Below are positions 46,054-56,327 of a DNA stretch of 64,000 nt, piece after piece (the first letter of the stretch is position 1; every line of letters begins with the position of its first letter). Source of the DNA: Myxococcales bacterium (GTDB lineage: Bacteria > Myxococcota_A > Polyangia > Polyangiales > Polyangiaceae); assembly GCA_043747615.1 (NCBI GenBank), contig JAYTOU010000024.1:32001-96000 (forward strand). The letters run 5' to 3'. The position numbers and the translations under genes are program-made. Under the pieces are notes generated by a model. It saw only the letters and a program-made list of their open reading frames with translations, had not been told where the DNA came from and did no database searches.

Positions 46054-47556
46054 TCAGTTGCGATCGAGTAGACCGCGGTTCTCGTCCGCCGACCTCGACG
46101 GAGGAGCCAACTTCGCTTTCGCCTTCGGGGCAGCCCGCGGTGCCGGCGCAGTCGAGACGCTCGCTGCCGCCGACGCCGGTGCAATCAGCCGAAGCTCGCT
46201 CGACGCAGGAACCTGGGAAGTAGGCACGAGAGGCAGCGAAGCGCGAGGCTCCTCGACCACCTTGACGACGGGCGACGGCGCACGCGCGAAGATCGCCACA
46301 CAAAGCCCGGCGATGATCACCAGCGCACACGCGAGGGCAACGGGAAGGCTCAGCGCCTGGGAAAGGCGGCTCGATTTCGCGACGACCACCATGGGCGGCG
46401 GAGCGACTGAGCGCCCCGCGTACAGCCTTCGAATACGCTCCACCGAAACCTTCGCGCGCGGCGGCGCCATCGGCGCGAGCCCCTCTGCGAACTCGGCAAC
46501 GCTTCCAACGCGACGCTCGGGATCCTTCTCCAAGCATCGAGCGATCAGCGCTTCGAGCGCCGCGGGTGCATCGGCGCGCGCGGAACGAAGCGGCGGAGCA
46601 GGCGCCGTTGCCACGAGCGCGCAGAGGCCCGCCATGCTGTCGCTTTCGAAGACGACCTTGCCCGTGAGGAGCTCGAAGAGCACCACCCCGAGGGCCCAGA
46701 TGTCGGTGCGCGCATCGACGTCCCGCGAGCTGCGCATCTGCTCGGGAGACATGTACCGCGGAGAGCCCATGATGAGCTCTTTCGATGTGAGCGCCGATGA
46801 CGCGGCATCTCCGCCTTTCGAGATTCCGAAGTCGAGCACCTTCACGAGAGGCGATCCATCGGGGCGCGACGTGAGGAAAAGATTTGCCGGCTTGAGATCG
46901 CGGTGGACGATGCCGAGCGCGTGGGCTTCGGCGATCGCTTCGCCTGCTTGGAGGATGAAATCGAGCGCCTCGTCTATCGGCAGCGGACCGCGCTCCTTGA
47001 GGACTTGCGCGAAATCCATTCCGCTCAGGAACTCCATGACGATGTACGGCTCGCCTCGCTCGAGCGTGCCGACGTCGATCACACGCGCCACGTGCTCTCC
47101 CTTGATTTGCACGGCCGACCGCGCTTCGCGAAGGAAGCGAACGACGGTTCCGGCGGTGCCGCATGCCGCAGGAAGAAGGAATTTGATCGCGACCTTCTGC
47201 CCAAGGTGGACGTGCGTGGCTGCGACGACGATGCCCATTCCGCCCGTGCCGAGCACCCGCTCCACTCGGTATTTTCCAGCGAGGAGCTCACCCTCTTGAA
47301 CGGGCAGCTCGCGTGCAGTGGGCGCGCTTGCGTCTACGGCCTTCGACAGGATCTCGCCGTTTCGAAAAGGCTCGGAGGGCACCGTCGTTGCATGGGCGCC
47401 GTCCAAGGTGCGTGGGGCGCGGGCGAGCTCGGAGACAAGTTGACGGCACTCCTCGCAGCCCGCGAGGTGACGCTCGGCGTCGGCACGCTCGGTGCCCGTG
47501 ATCAGCCCTTCAGCGAAGCCCAAGATGGCGGTGTCGTCCAAGCATCCCGAGGCCAC
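46054..47556 (-). CDS. Ser/Thr protein kinase with an N-terminal zf-HC2 (anti-sigma zinc finger) and a C-terminal TM segment
   Basis: HLAGCEEC; LGTGGMG, VAIK, HRDLKPAN, DFG, YMSPEQ, DIWALG. Confidence 0.92.
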   Translation of the reverse strand: MASGCLDDTAILGFAEGLITGTERADAERHLAGCEECRQLVSELARAPRTLDGAHATTVPSEPFRNGEILSKAVDASAPTARELPVQEGELLAGKYRVERVLGTGGMGIVVAATHVHLGQKVAIKFLLPAACGTAGTVVRFLREARSAVQIKGEHVARVIDVGTLERGEPYIVMEFLSGMDFAQVLKERGPLPIDEALDFILQAGEAIAEAHALGIVHRDLKPANLFLTSRPDGSPLVKVLDFGISKGGDAASSALTSKELIMGSPRYMSPEQMRSSRDVDARTDIWALGVVLFELLTGKVVFESDSMAGLCALVATAPAPPLRSARADAPAALEALIARCLEKDPERRVGSVAEFAEGLAPMAPPRAKVSVERIRRLYAGRSVAPPPMVVVAKSSRLSQALSLPVALACALVIIAGLCVAIFARAPSPVVKVVEEPRASLPLVPTSQVPASSELRLIAPASAAASVSTAPAPRAAPKAKAKLAPPSRSADENRGLLDRN

Positions 47557-47576
47557 GCTGCTGCTATAGTGAGTCC

Positions 47577-48464
47577 GTGCGCGGCGAGCACCCTCTTTCT
47601 TCGATTTTTCGGCCAAAAGTGGCCGATTCCGCGCGCGATCAACTTCCCACCGAGGGTGATCTCGAGGCTTTCCTCGGCGCAATGCTCCTTTCGGCGCGCG
47701 AGGCGTGGCCGGAGCTCATCGTCTCCGACGAAGCGTTTCTGGCCTACGTGGCGGAACGGCTGACGGCGCGCGATCCGATGGCCTCGCTGAAGTCGACGGA
47801 CCTCTACCTGGCCTGCGCCTGCATGCGCGGCGAGGCCCAAGCCCTCATCGCTCTGGAGGCACATTGCTTTCCAGACGTGGAGCACGCTCTCGCTCGGATG
47901 AATCTCTCCGCAGCCAGAGTAGACGACGTCAAGCAGGGGCTCCGTCAGCATCTGTTCGTGGGCAACGGAACCGATCCGGCTCACCTCGTCGAGTACACCG
48001 GACGCGGTGATCTGCGCGCGTGGATCAAAGTGAGCGCCGTGCGTGCCGCGCTGAAGGTGCTCCGCAAAGAGAAGCGGGAGGTCCTCGTGGAAGACGAGGC
48101 CTTGATGGAGCTGAGCGCATCCGGCGACGATCCGGAGATGCAGTACGTGAAGCAGATCTTTCGATCGCAGTTCAAGACGGCGTTTCAGCAGGCGCTCGAC
48201 GCGCTGACCGATCGCGAGAAGAATTTGCTCCGCCAGCACGTGGTCGACGGCCTGAGCATCGACGAGGTGGGGACCCTCTACCAGGTGCATCGAGCGACGG
48301 CAGCGCGGTGGATCACGAAGGCGCGCGAGACGCTCCTCGGCGAGACGCGAAAGCACTTCATGACCCACGCGCGCATCAGCAGCGCGGAGTGCGACAGCAT
48401 CATGCGCATGGTGCACAGCCAGCTCGACATGACGATCCGCCGCCGACTCGAGGAGATTGCGTAA
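47577..48464 (+). CDS. Sigma-70 family factor, Myxococcales type
   Basis: DLYLACAC, YTGRGDLRAW, LTDREKNLLR..GLSIDEVG..VHRATAARW. Confidence 0.8.
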   Translation: MRGEHPLSSIFRPKVADSARDQLPTEGDLEAFLGAMLLSAREAWPELIVSDEAFLAYVAERLTARDPMASLKSTDLYLACACMRGEAQALIALEAHCFPDVEHALARMNLSAARVDDVKQGLRQHLFVGNGTDPAHLVEYTGRGDLRAWIKVSAVRAALKVLRKEKREVLVEDEALMELSASGDDPEMQYVKQIFRSQFKTAFQQALDALTDREKNLLRQHVVDGLSIDEVGTLYQVHRATAARWITKARETLLGETRKHFMTHARISSAECDSIMRMVHSQLDMTIRRRLEEIA

Positions 48465-48512
48465 GCCTGCGCCTCGCGCTCTTAGCGCGTGATCAACCGT
48501 ACGAAGTGGGTT

Positions 48513-49436
48513 ATGCCCGCTTCAATGCCGTCGAACATGTGTGAGAAGTGTGGGGCAACGCTGCAGTCCGGCGCGCGGCAGTGCCCGTATTGCCAGACCA
48601 CCACGCCTTACGGCATGCAGGCGCAGCAGAACGACATTCAGCAGCAGCAGTGGTCGCAGGCCCAAGCGCAGCAGGCGCTCCTTCACGCACAGTTGACGGG
48701 CGGAGGGCAGATCGAGGCGGCGGCTACCGCGGCACTCCTCTGGTCGCTCGCGAGCATAGTGTTCTTCTGCATTCCCATCCCGGCCATTGCCGGTGTCGTC
48801 ATGGGGCTTCGTGCACGCTCGCTCGCGCAGTCGCTCCGCTTGTCGGCGCCGGTGAGGGGCACCATTGGGCTCGTGATCAGCGCGCTGTCGGGAGTCGGCT
48901 TTCTGGTGTTCATGGTCTGGGCGGTGGTGAGCTCGCGACACGACGTCGCGGGAATCGCCAAGCGGAAGGCCGAGCTCGAAACGCAGATCGGCAGCAAGGC
49001 CTCCGCAGCGACCCTCGATCAATCGACCGCGTGCGCCATGGCCGAGCTCAAGATCCTCAGCGAAGGCCACGAGGGCTCCGCGACCTATTTTCAAGAGTAC
49101 GAGTGCCTCGGCAAAGTCGCCGGCACGGGTGAGCGCGCGACGCTCGAAGCCTTTCAGTACCGCACGAGCTCCACCGGCGCGCTGAAGAAGGTCATCGTAT
49201 GCTTCAAGCACGACGCAAAGTGGTACGTCGACGAAGTGCGCGATGAAGGAAAGTGCGCGGGGGACGACTCGCCGCGTTCCGTGGGCGCCGCAGCGAGTGC
49301 CCCTTCTGCACATGTCGGCACCGCGGCGAGCGCTTCCCACCGTGCGGCCGGAGATGCGAGCGCGCAGGTCAAATCCGATGCCGGGAGCACCGTCGGTACC
49401 CCGAGCGCGCGCGACGCCGGCCCCATTCGCCGCTAG
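48513..49436 (+). CDS. Zinc-ribbon and DUF4190-like membrane protein
   Basis: CEKCGA..CPYC, Q-rich linker, hydrophobic segments; start uncertain (48489, 48513 or 48525). Confidence 0.65.
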   Translation: MPASMPSNMCEKCGATLQSGARQCPYCQTTTPYGMQAQQNDIQQQQWSQAQAQQALLHAQLTGGGQIEAAATAALLWSLASIVFFCIPIPAIAGVVMGLRARSLAQSLRLSAPVRGTIGLVISALSGVGFLVFMVWAVVSSRHDVAGIAKRKAELETQIGSKASAATLDQSTACAMAELKILSEGHEGSATYFQEYECLGKVAGTGERATLEAFQYRTSSTGALKKVIVCFKHDAKWYVDEVRDEGKCAGDDSPRSVGAAASAPSAHVGTAASASHRAAGDASAQVKSDAGSTVGTPSARDAGPIRR

Positions 49437-49508
49437 ACGACGTTCAGACCCGCGTCGCTAGAGGCGCTCAACCTATCCGCCTGGTAGGATCGGGTGTAGG
49501 TGAGGAAA

Positions 49509-50726
49509 ATGCGAAGTGCCATGATCGCGGCTGCATTCGTGCCGGTTCTCGTTGGCTTGGTCCACTGTGGCGGTACCGCCGGAAGCGGCCCCGACTCGAT
49601 GCCGGTCGCAGACGCCGGCGAGCTCCCCGTGGAAATGTCCGACGCGATGGTCACGATGAACACGATGAACACGGTGGACAGCGGCCCCACGGTGTTCACG
49701 ACGGCTGCGCACTCGCCGCTCCCGCAGATGCCGAAGCATACGAACAAGATCCTGCCCACGCCGCACCTGTTGACGATTACGTATGCATCCTACACGTATC
49801 AGCAGCAGGTCGAAGACTTCGGCAAGTTCATGGTCACCTCGAGCTGGATGACGTCGGTCGGAAAAGAATTCGGCGTTCTCTCTGCTACCCAAGAGAACCG
49901 GCGCTTCCCGGGGACCGCTCCGCCCACCATCAACGACGCCGGGATCCAGAGCCTCATCATCGCGAAGATCGCGGCGAGCGCTCTGCCCGCCCCCACCGTC
50001 GGAGGGCAGAATCTCTACATGGTCTACTTCCCTGCGACCACGGTGATCACCGATTCCGGCGGAGCCGCGATGTGCGGGGCCAATGGCTCCGTCGGCTACC
50101 ACGGGGCCGCCAAGAGCGCCGGGATCCATTTCGCGTATGCGGTCATCGCCGATTGCGGCTCCGGTTTTCCGAGCATCACCAGTACGGCGAGCCACGAGCT
50201 CATCGAAGCGGCGACGGATCCATGGGACGCGCCGAACCTCGGCTACTTCATGGACTTCAACGTGCCCAACCTTTGGTACACCGACTACGGCGATGAGACC
50301 GCCGACATGTGTCAGTACGAAGCCGACACGACCGAGGGCATGTGGACGGTGCAGCGGAGCTACTCGAACGTGGCTGCAGCCGCGGGCGGGTCTCCGTGTG
50401 TCCCCGCCGTCGCGGGTGAGGCCTACAACAACGTGTCGGCAAGCCCAGACACGATGCCGAACGTGGCGGCGGGTGGCTCGGTGGTCTTCACGATCACCGG
50501 GTGGTCGACGCTGAAAACCACGCCGTGGAAGCTAGTGATCGGCCCGGGAGATCAGACCGACTTCGATCCTAAAGCGGTGCTCAGCGGCACGACGATCAAC
50601 AACGGAGAAACCGTCACCGTGACCTTGAAAGCGCCGACAACGGCGAAGTCAGGAACGATCGGATCCGCGTACATCTTCTCCGGCGACGCCGGCCATTCCT
50701 GGCCGGTCGCCATTCGCGTCATGTAA
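49509..50726 (+). CDS. Lipoprotein with an SHELIEAATDP motif
   Basis: LVHC lipobox; LYMVYFP, GYH, ASHELIEAATDP, ETADMC, VQRSYSN. Confidence 0.7.
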   Translation: MRSAMIAAAFVPVLVGLVHCGGTAGSGPDSMPVADAGELPVEMSDAMVTMNTMNTVDSGPTVFTTAAHSPLPQMPKHTNKILPTPHLLTITYASYTYQQQVEDFGKFMVTSSWMTSVGKEFGVLSATQENRRFPGTAPPTINDAGIQSLIIAKIAASALPAPTVGGQNLYMVYFPATTVITDSGGAAMCGANGSVGYHGAAKSAGIHFAYAVIADCGSGFPSITSTASHELIEAATDPWDAPNLGYFMDFNVPNLWYTDYGDETADMCQYEADTTEGMWTVQRSYSNVAAAAGGSPCVPAVAGEAYNNVSASPDTMPNVAAGGSVVFTITGWSTLKTTPWKLVIGPGDQTDFDPKAVLSGTTINNGETVTVTLKAPTTAKSGTIGSAYIFSGDAGHSWPVAIRVM

Positions 50727-50740
50727 AGAGACCGCGTTAC

Positions 50741-52147
50741 TCAGTAACGACGCGAGCCGGTGTAGCTGCGACCTCTGCTACCGCCGCCGCCGTTGCGGCC
50801 ACGTTGGGGTGCGGCTGGCATCGCTGCGGTCGTCGCTTGTTCTGCAGCGGTGGGCACGAACTGCGCGTCGCCGCCGACGACCGGAAGTCGCTTGCGGATG
50901 AAGCGCTCGATGTCGGCGAGTAGCCCGCGCTCATCGCGGTCGCAGAAGGAGATGGCGTGACCGAAGGCGCCGGCGCGGCCGGTGCGACCGATGCGGTGCA
51001 CGTAGCTCTCGGCGACGTTCGGCAGATCGAAGTTGATGACGTGGGAGATCCCGTCGATATCGATGCCGCGGGCAGCGACGTCGGTGGCGACGAGCACGCG
51101 GGTAGAGCCGGTGCGGAACGCTTCGAGTGCGCGCTCGCGAGCCCCTTGAGACTTGTTGCCGTGGATCGCCGCCGAGCCGATTCCTGCGTGATCGAGCTGC
51201 TCGCAGAGGCGGTTTGCGCCGTGCTTAGTGCGGGTAAAGACGATGGCGCGTTCGACCGTGGTGTCCGAGAGCACGCGTTGAAGCAGCGCGCGCTTGTCGG
51301 CTTTGGCCACGAACATGACGGACTGGGTGACGCCTTCTGCCGTGGTGACTGCCGGGGTCACCGAGACCCGCACCGGATCGGAGAGCATCCCTCGGGCGAG
51401 GCCTTCGATCGACGAGGGAATCGTGGCCGAGAAAAGCAGCGTTTGGCGCTTGGTGGGCACCGCCGCCGAGATTCGCTTCACGTCGTGGACGAAGCCCATG
51501 TCGAGCATGCGATCCGCCTCGTCGAGCACGAAGTGCGTAACGCCGTCGAGGTGAACCAGGCGCTGCTGCATGAGATCGAGGAGCCGTCCGGGCGTCGCCA
51601 CGAGAATGTCGGGCGCATTGCGGAGCGCGATCTCCTGACGATGCTGACTGACACCGCCGTAGACGACGGTGTGCTTGATGCCGCGTCCGAGGTAGCGTCC
51701 GTAAACGGCGACGCTATCGGCGATTTGCGAAGCGAGCTCGCGGGTCGGCGTGAGGACGAGCACCCTGATTTTTCCGGTGGATTGCTCGGCGGCGAGCCGC
51801 TGAAGGATAGGCAGGACGAACGCTGCCGTCTTGCCGGTGCCGGTCTGCGCGCAGGCGAGGATGTCGCGACCCGCGAGCAGGTGGGCGATGACCTCGGACT
51901 GAATCGGGGTCGGCGTCGTGTAGCCCTCCTTGAGGACCGCACGAACCAGGGGAACGCTCAGGCCGAGCGTGGTGAACGGCGAGGCTGCGATCTCCGCGGC
52001 GACTTCCGGGGTGAGCGGCGTCGGCGGCTCCACGCGTGCCTCGATCGCTCCCGCAGGGGCGCCAAACTGATTCGAGGGAGACGAGGGCTTGTGGGGGGTA
52101 TTGGAAAAAGGGCGCCGACTTCGGCGGGAAGAATGAAAAGAATTCAC
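50741..52147 (-). CDS. rhlE: DEAD-box RNA helicase, RhlE-like
   Basis: Q motif [42 protein letters not shown]. Confidence 0.88.
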   Translation of the reverse strand: MNSFHSSRRSRRPFSNTPHKPSSPSNQFGAPAGAIEARVEPPTPLTPEVAAEIAASPFTTLGLSVPLVRAVLKEGYTTPTPIQSEVIAHLLAGRDILACAQTGTGKTAAFVLPILQRLAAEQSTGKIRVLVLTPTRELASQIADSVAVYGRYLGRGIKHTVVYGGVSQHRQEIALRNAPDILVATPGRLLDLMQQRLVHLDGVTHFVLDEADRMLDMGFVHDVKRISAAVPTKRQTLLFSATIPSSIEGLARGMLSDPVRVSVTPAVTTAEGVTQSVMFVAKADKRALLQRVLSDTTVERAIVFTRTKHGANRLCEQLDHAGIGSAAIHGNKSQGARERALEAFRTGSTRVLVATDVAARGIDIDGISHVINFDLPNVAESYVHRIGRTGRAGAFGHAISFCDRDERGLLADIERFIRKRLPVVGGDAQFVPTAAEQATTAAMPAAPQRGRNGGGGSRGRSYTGSRRY

Positions 52148-52466
52148 TTATGTTTCGATACTCTCTCGCGGCAGCACCCAAAAAAGTTTGGGCGCTTGAA
52201 TTACTCGGCCGTTTCCTCGCTGCCGCGGGATCGGAAGGGCGCGACGGGGCAATTTTCAGCCGCGTCATCACGCACCATTGTCGGCTCCAGGGGGAGCGTT
52301 GAGACCGCCACGCGCCTTTTGGGGCAGCAGGCAGCTCGTCGACTTGTTCGTGATTGCGCGTCTAGTAGCGCGTAAGGCGGTGACACGCAAGGTCACGGCA
52401 AAATTGTTGATGGGTGTGATCTCGACCACGCGGCATAGTCCCCCTAAGGTCTCCTAGAGTGCAGCC

Positions 52467-53003
52467 ATGATCGCCGTTCCTCTGAACACGCTCCTCAATT
52501 CGAAGGATCACCGCGCGGTCCTGGAAGACTGCGATCCGCGTCGGCTCGTGATCGATCCGGCGCTGAGCGACGTCCTCACGTGGGGAGCGGGCGGCGCTCT
52601 GATCTGGACGGCGGACGAAGCTGCCCGAGCGATCGCCAGCGCGGCGCCGGTTCACGCGTACGCTCCGACGCATCGCGATTCCTGGGCCTTCTTTCGCTAC
52701 TCGAACGGAACCGCAGGTGAGCCGAAGGGCGGTGAGCTCGGCGATCTCCTGGTGCGCGGAGATTCGATCATGGCGCTCACCTGGAACAAGCACGAGGCGA
52801 CGAAACACGCCCTTCGCGGCGACGACGTGATCGAGGCCGGCGGGACCTGGGTGTCTCCCGTCGAAGTGGAGCAAGCGCTCGTCAGTCATTCTTCCGAGAC
52901 GCAGCTCGCTCCCTACACGTGCCCGCGCTGGATCACCGTCATGCCCGAGCTTCCCAAGACGGCGACCGGTGAAATCCAGCGTTTTCTCCTGAGTGCGCGA
53001 TGA
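52467..53003 (+). pseudogene. Benzoate-CoA ligase-like gene collapsed by multiple in-frame deletions
   Basis: Ordered fragments VPLNTLL, AFFRYSNGTAGEPKG, GDLLVRGDS, DD..GTWVSPVEVE and PRWI..ELPKTATGEIQRF in only 178 aa. Confidence 0.8.
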
Positions 53004-54523
53004 AGCTGAACGCAGACACCGTCGTCGTAGGAGCCGGTTCGGCAGGCGCCGTGATCGCCGCGCGCGCGACCGAAAATGGAACGCGCGAGGTGCTGCTCCT
53101 CGAAGCCGGCCCCGATTATCCGTCCCCCGTGGAGCTGCCCGCCGATCTTCGTGACGGAACGCGCAACTCGATGCGGGCACACGACTGGAACCTCTTCTAC
53201 CGTCCGGTGAAAGGGCAGCTCCCGTTCCTGTTTCCACGCGGGCGCGTGGTCGGAGGATCGTCGGCGGTCAACACGTGCATCGCCCTTCGTGGGCAACCGT
53301 TCGACTACGACGAGTGGGCGGCGCTTGGTCTGCCTGAGTGGAGCTGGGCAAAGTGCCTCCCGGCGTTCAAGCGGCTCGAGAACGACCTCGACATCGTTAA
53401 CGAGTGGCACTCGCAGGATGGGCCCGTTCCCATCCGCCGTCACACGGCCGACGAGCTCACGCCGTGGAATGCCGCCTTCCTCGAGAGCTGCGCGGCGCTC
53501 GGCTACGTGGAGTGCAAAGACACAAACGATCCCACGACCACCGGCTTCGGTCCCCACGCGATGAACAAAGTCCATGGCGAGCGGATGAGCACGGCTCGCT
53601 GCTACCTCACGGAAAGCGTGCGGGCGCGAAAAAACTTCCGGATCCGTCCCGACACGAGCGTGCGCCGCCTTCGCTTCGAGCGCGGTCGGGTGGTCGGTCT
53701 CGAAGTCGAGACCCATGGACGGGTCTACGATATCCAGGCGAAGAAAGTCATTCTGAGCGCGGGGGCAATCGCCTCGCCGTGCATCCTTCTGCGCTCGGGC
53801 ATCGGTCCTCGGCGAGAGATCGACAGACTCGGGGTGGCGCTCGTTTGCGATCTACCCGCGGTGGGAGCACGCCTTCTCGATCATCCGGGCTGCGCGATCT
53901 TTCTGCGTCCGCGGCGCGGCGTGGTCGATCTCGCGCATCCGATCGTGCAGACCGTTCTTCGCTACACCTCCGAAGGCAGCGACTGCCCGAACGACATCCA
54001 ACTTCAGCCCGGCTCGTTCCTGCCTTTTCCGCCCTTCGAGATCCCTCTACTTTCGCTGGCTCTCTGCGTTGGCAAACCGCGTGGCCACGGGCGGCTGTGG
54101 CTGGAGTCGGCGAACCCGCGCGCGGTCCCTCGCATCGAATCCGAGTTTCTCGAAAACGACGAAGACCGCAAACGCGCGGTCGCGGCGATCTCCCTCGCCT
54201 GGCGGCTCGTCTCCGAGGGCGCGATGAAAGAGCTGGGGACGCCGTTTTGGCCAAGTCGGAAGGTGCTCGAAAGCACATCGGCGATCGAGCGATTCATCCG
54301 GCGGATCACCGGCTCCGGCTACCACCCGTGCGGCACGGTGCCGATGGGCGGTGACGACGACGCGGCGGCGGCGCTCGATGGACACGGTCGGGTTCGCGGC
54401 ATCGAAGGTCTCTTCGTGGCCGACGCGAGTATCATGCCGACCATCCCCAGCTCGAACACGAACGTCCCGACGCTGATGATTGGGGAGCGCTTCGGCGCGT
54501 GGCTCCGCGACGGAATAATCTAA
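53000..54523 (+). CDS. GMC oxidoreductase (choline-dehydrogenase-like)
   Basis: GAGSAG, PRGRVVGGSSAVN, VGARLLDH, YHPCGT, DASIMP..NTN. Confidence 0.9.
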   Translation: MKLNADTVVVGAGSAGAVIAARATENGTREVLLLEAGPDYPSPVELPADLRDGTRNSMRAHDWNLFYRPVKGQLPFLFPRGRVVGGSSAVNTCIALRGQPFDYDEWAALGLPEWSWAKCLPAFKRLENDLDIVNEWHSQDGPVPIRRHTADELTPWNAAFLESCAALGYVECKDTNDPTTTGFGPHAMNKVHGERMSTARCYLTESVRARKNFRIRPDTSVRRLRFERGRVVGLEVETHGRVYDIQAKKVILSAGAIASPCILLRSGIGPRREIDRLGVALVCDLPAVGARLLDHPGCAIFLRPRRGVVDLAHPIVQTVLRYTSEGSDCPNDIQLQPGSFLPFPPFEIPLLSLALCVGKPRGHGRLWLESANPRAVPRIESEFLENDEDRKRAVAAISLAWRLVSEGAMKELGTPFWPSRKVLESTSAIERFIRRITGSGYHPCGTVPMGGDDDAAAALDGHGRVRGIEGLFVADASIMPTIPSSNTNVPTLMIGERFGAWLRDGII

Positions 54524-54772
54524 AAGCAACCAGGACGACGAGGTACGCCACGATGGCGCCCCTGCTAAGCTCGACGCCGTTCGGATGCCCCGCAAGATCG
54601 GTAGGTACACTGCGAGAGCGGAGTCAACACCACGGGGAGCGGGAGTACGCGATCATCGACACGCAGGAGTACGGCGCAATGTTGATCCTCGCCGGGTCGA
54701 CGAACTTGAAGGCCATTCGCCGCGCGGTGGAGCGGGTCGAGGACATCGTCATCAAGAAAAAACCCGGCGAGC

Positions 54773-55576
54773 CTACTGCACCTGGCGCTGGTCACCCTTG
54801 TCGCTCGTGCAGGTGCCCTTGCCGTTCGTGAGCTGGCAGGTCCACGCCGTGTCCTTGGCGTGCACGTAAATGGTGCCGGTCTTGGTCGCTCCGTCCCAAT
54901 GGGCGATGTCCGACGCGACGATCACGGTCCCGTCGTTGACCTCGACCGCGTACCACCACTTCCCACCGACGTACTCGGCGTCCAGATTGATCGTTGCCTC
55001 GACCGGCGGCTTGGACAGCGTGAGGTGCACGTCGAGGAACATAAAGGTGTTGTCCGCGGTGGCCATGGCGCCCGCGCTCTTCACCTTGAAGAACTCGCTC
55101 CCATCAACGACGCCACCGTCCGCACTACAATGATCGGCGTGAAGGCGTAGCGTAATGTCGATCGGACCGTGCGGCTGCTGCCCTTGGAGCTGCTGGATCC
55201 CCGAAAAGTCATAAACGAGGGAGCCGCCGCTCGGGCACGTGCAGCTGCCGGAGGACTGACCGTTCTGGAGCGCGGGGCACCAGGCGTTGTTCGCGCCGTT
55301 GCCGAGCACGTGGAGTGCCTGGCTCTTCACGCCGCCCGACGCGCCGCTCGAGCTCACACCGCCGTAGTTGAAGCCGTTGGCCTGGCTCGCAGCCTGGTTC
55401 TGGAAGTCGGAGAAGACCACCGATTCCTTGCCGATGGGCAGCGTGCCGGTCGGAGTCGAGAGCTTCGACTGGACGGCGTTGAAATCAGGATCCGGGCCGA
55501 ACGGATTGCTCGTCGAGCTTCCGCATCCGACCATAGCCAAGGCACCCAGGAGAAAGACTGCGTTCGTGTTGAGCAT
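54773..55576 (-). CDS. Hypothetical lipoprotein
   Basis: MVGC lipobox; CTCPSGG. Confidence 0.7.
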   Translation of the reverse strand: MLNTNAVFLLGALAMVGCGSSTSNPFGPDPDFNAVQSKLSTPTGTLPIGKESVVFSDFQNQAASQANGFNYGGVSSSGASGGVKSQALHVLGNGANNAWCPALQNGQSSGSCTCPSGGSLVYDFSGIQQLQGQQPHGPIDITLRLHADHCSADGGVVDGSEFFKVKSAGAMATADNTFMFLDVHLTLSKPPVEATINLDAEYVGGKWWYAVEVNDGTVIVASDIAHWDGATKTGTIYVHAKDTAWTCQLTNGKGTCTSDKGDQRQVQ

Positions 55577-55670
55577 AGGCGGCCTTTATCAAGTCTCGTT
55601 CCAGCAGCGAACGGCGGGATTCATGGCAATTCGAGGCGGGGTGAGAACATCAGGTCACGCCTCGCGACGG

Positions 55671-56327
55671 TCAGAAGTACACGAGGAGGCCGGCCGAGAG
55701 ACCCACGTGGAACGACGTGGCGGGAGATTCGGCCGACATCCCTCTTACGGCGTCTCGGGTCACGACCTTCCCTGCGATCGGCACGTCCATGGTGGGGCCC
55801 ATCGTTACGCCGAGATGGGGAAAAGGAGTGACGACCAGAAGAGCGCTGAGGCTGAGCGCGAGCTGGCGGTGCGTGGAGGCGACTGCCGCGTTCTCCTCGG
55901 TGAGCGCGTAGTAGGTGACGCCAGCGCGAGGCCAGAACGCGATGATGGAGTTTGGCGCGAGGATGTAGCCGACGTGAGGGCCGACGCCGACGAGCGAGAC
56001 GGACGGCTTGTCTCCTTTTTTTTTTACGTCGCCTCCGAGCGTCAAGGAGGCGAGCACATCGGTGCCGATCGTGAAGCGGCGCATGACCACGAAGTCGAGG
56101 ACGAGGCGCGTAGCGTTGTAGACGGGCTCGTCGACATCGTCTCCGTAGATGAGCGATCCTTTTGATGCACTGTGGCTGTAGCCAGCGATGGAGAGGGTCT
56201 GCGCAGTGCTCACCACGATCTGCCCGCGCTCTCCGAGCTGCAACGGCGCAGCTGCCCGTGCGTGGGGGGTCACCGCGAGAGACGCGACAACGACCGCTAT
56301 GAAAATGTAAGCTCTCGAGGAAAGCAT
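55671..56327 (-). CDS. Outer-membrane beta-barrel protein, myxobacterial type
   Basis: Signal peptide; GPHVGY, FWPRAG, C-terminal LVYF. Confidence 0.7.
   Translation of the reverse strand: MLSSRAYIFIAVVVASLAVTPHARAAAPLQLGERGQIVVSTAQTLSIAGYSHSASKGSLIYGDDVDEPVYNATRLVLDFVVMRRFTIGTDVLASLTLGGDVKKKGDKPSVSLVGVGPHVGYILAPNSIIAFWPRAGVTYYALTEENAAVASTHRQLALSLSALLVVTPFPHLGVTMGPTMDVPIAGKVVTRDAVRGMSAESPATSFHVGLSAGLLVYF

Noticed and set aside
52148..52454. Riboswitch in the rhlE leader
   Set aside because: The region is long, but I could not identify a known aptamer consensus
53000..54523. Mycofactocin-system MftG assignment
   Set aside because: No precursor peptide, radical SAM enzyme or other mft genes are nearby; a generic GMC call is kept
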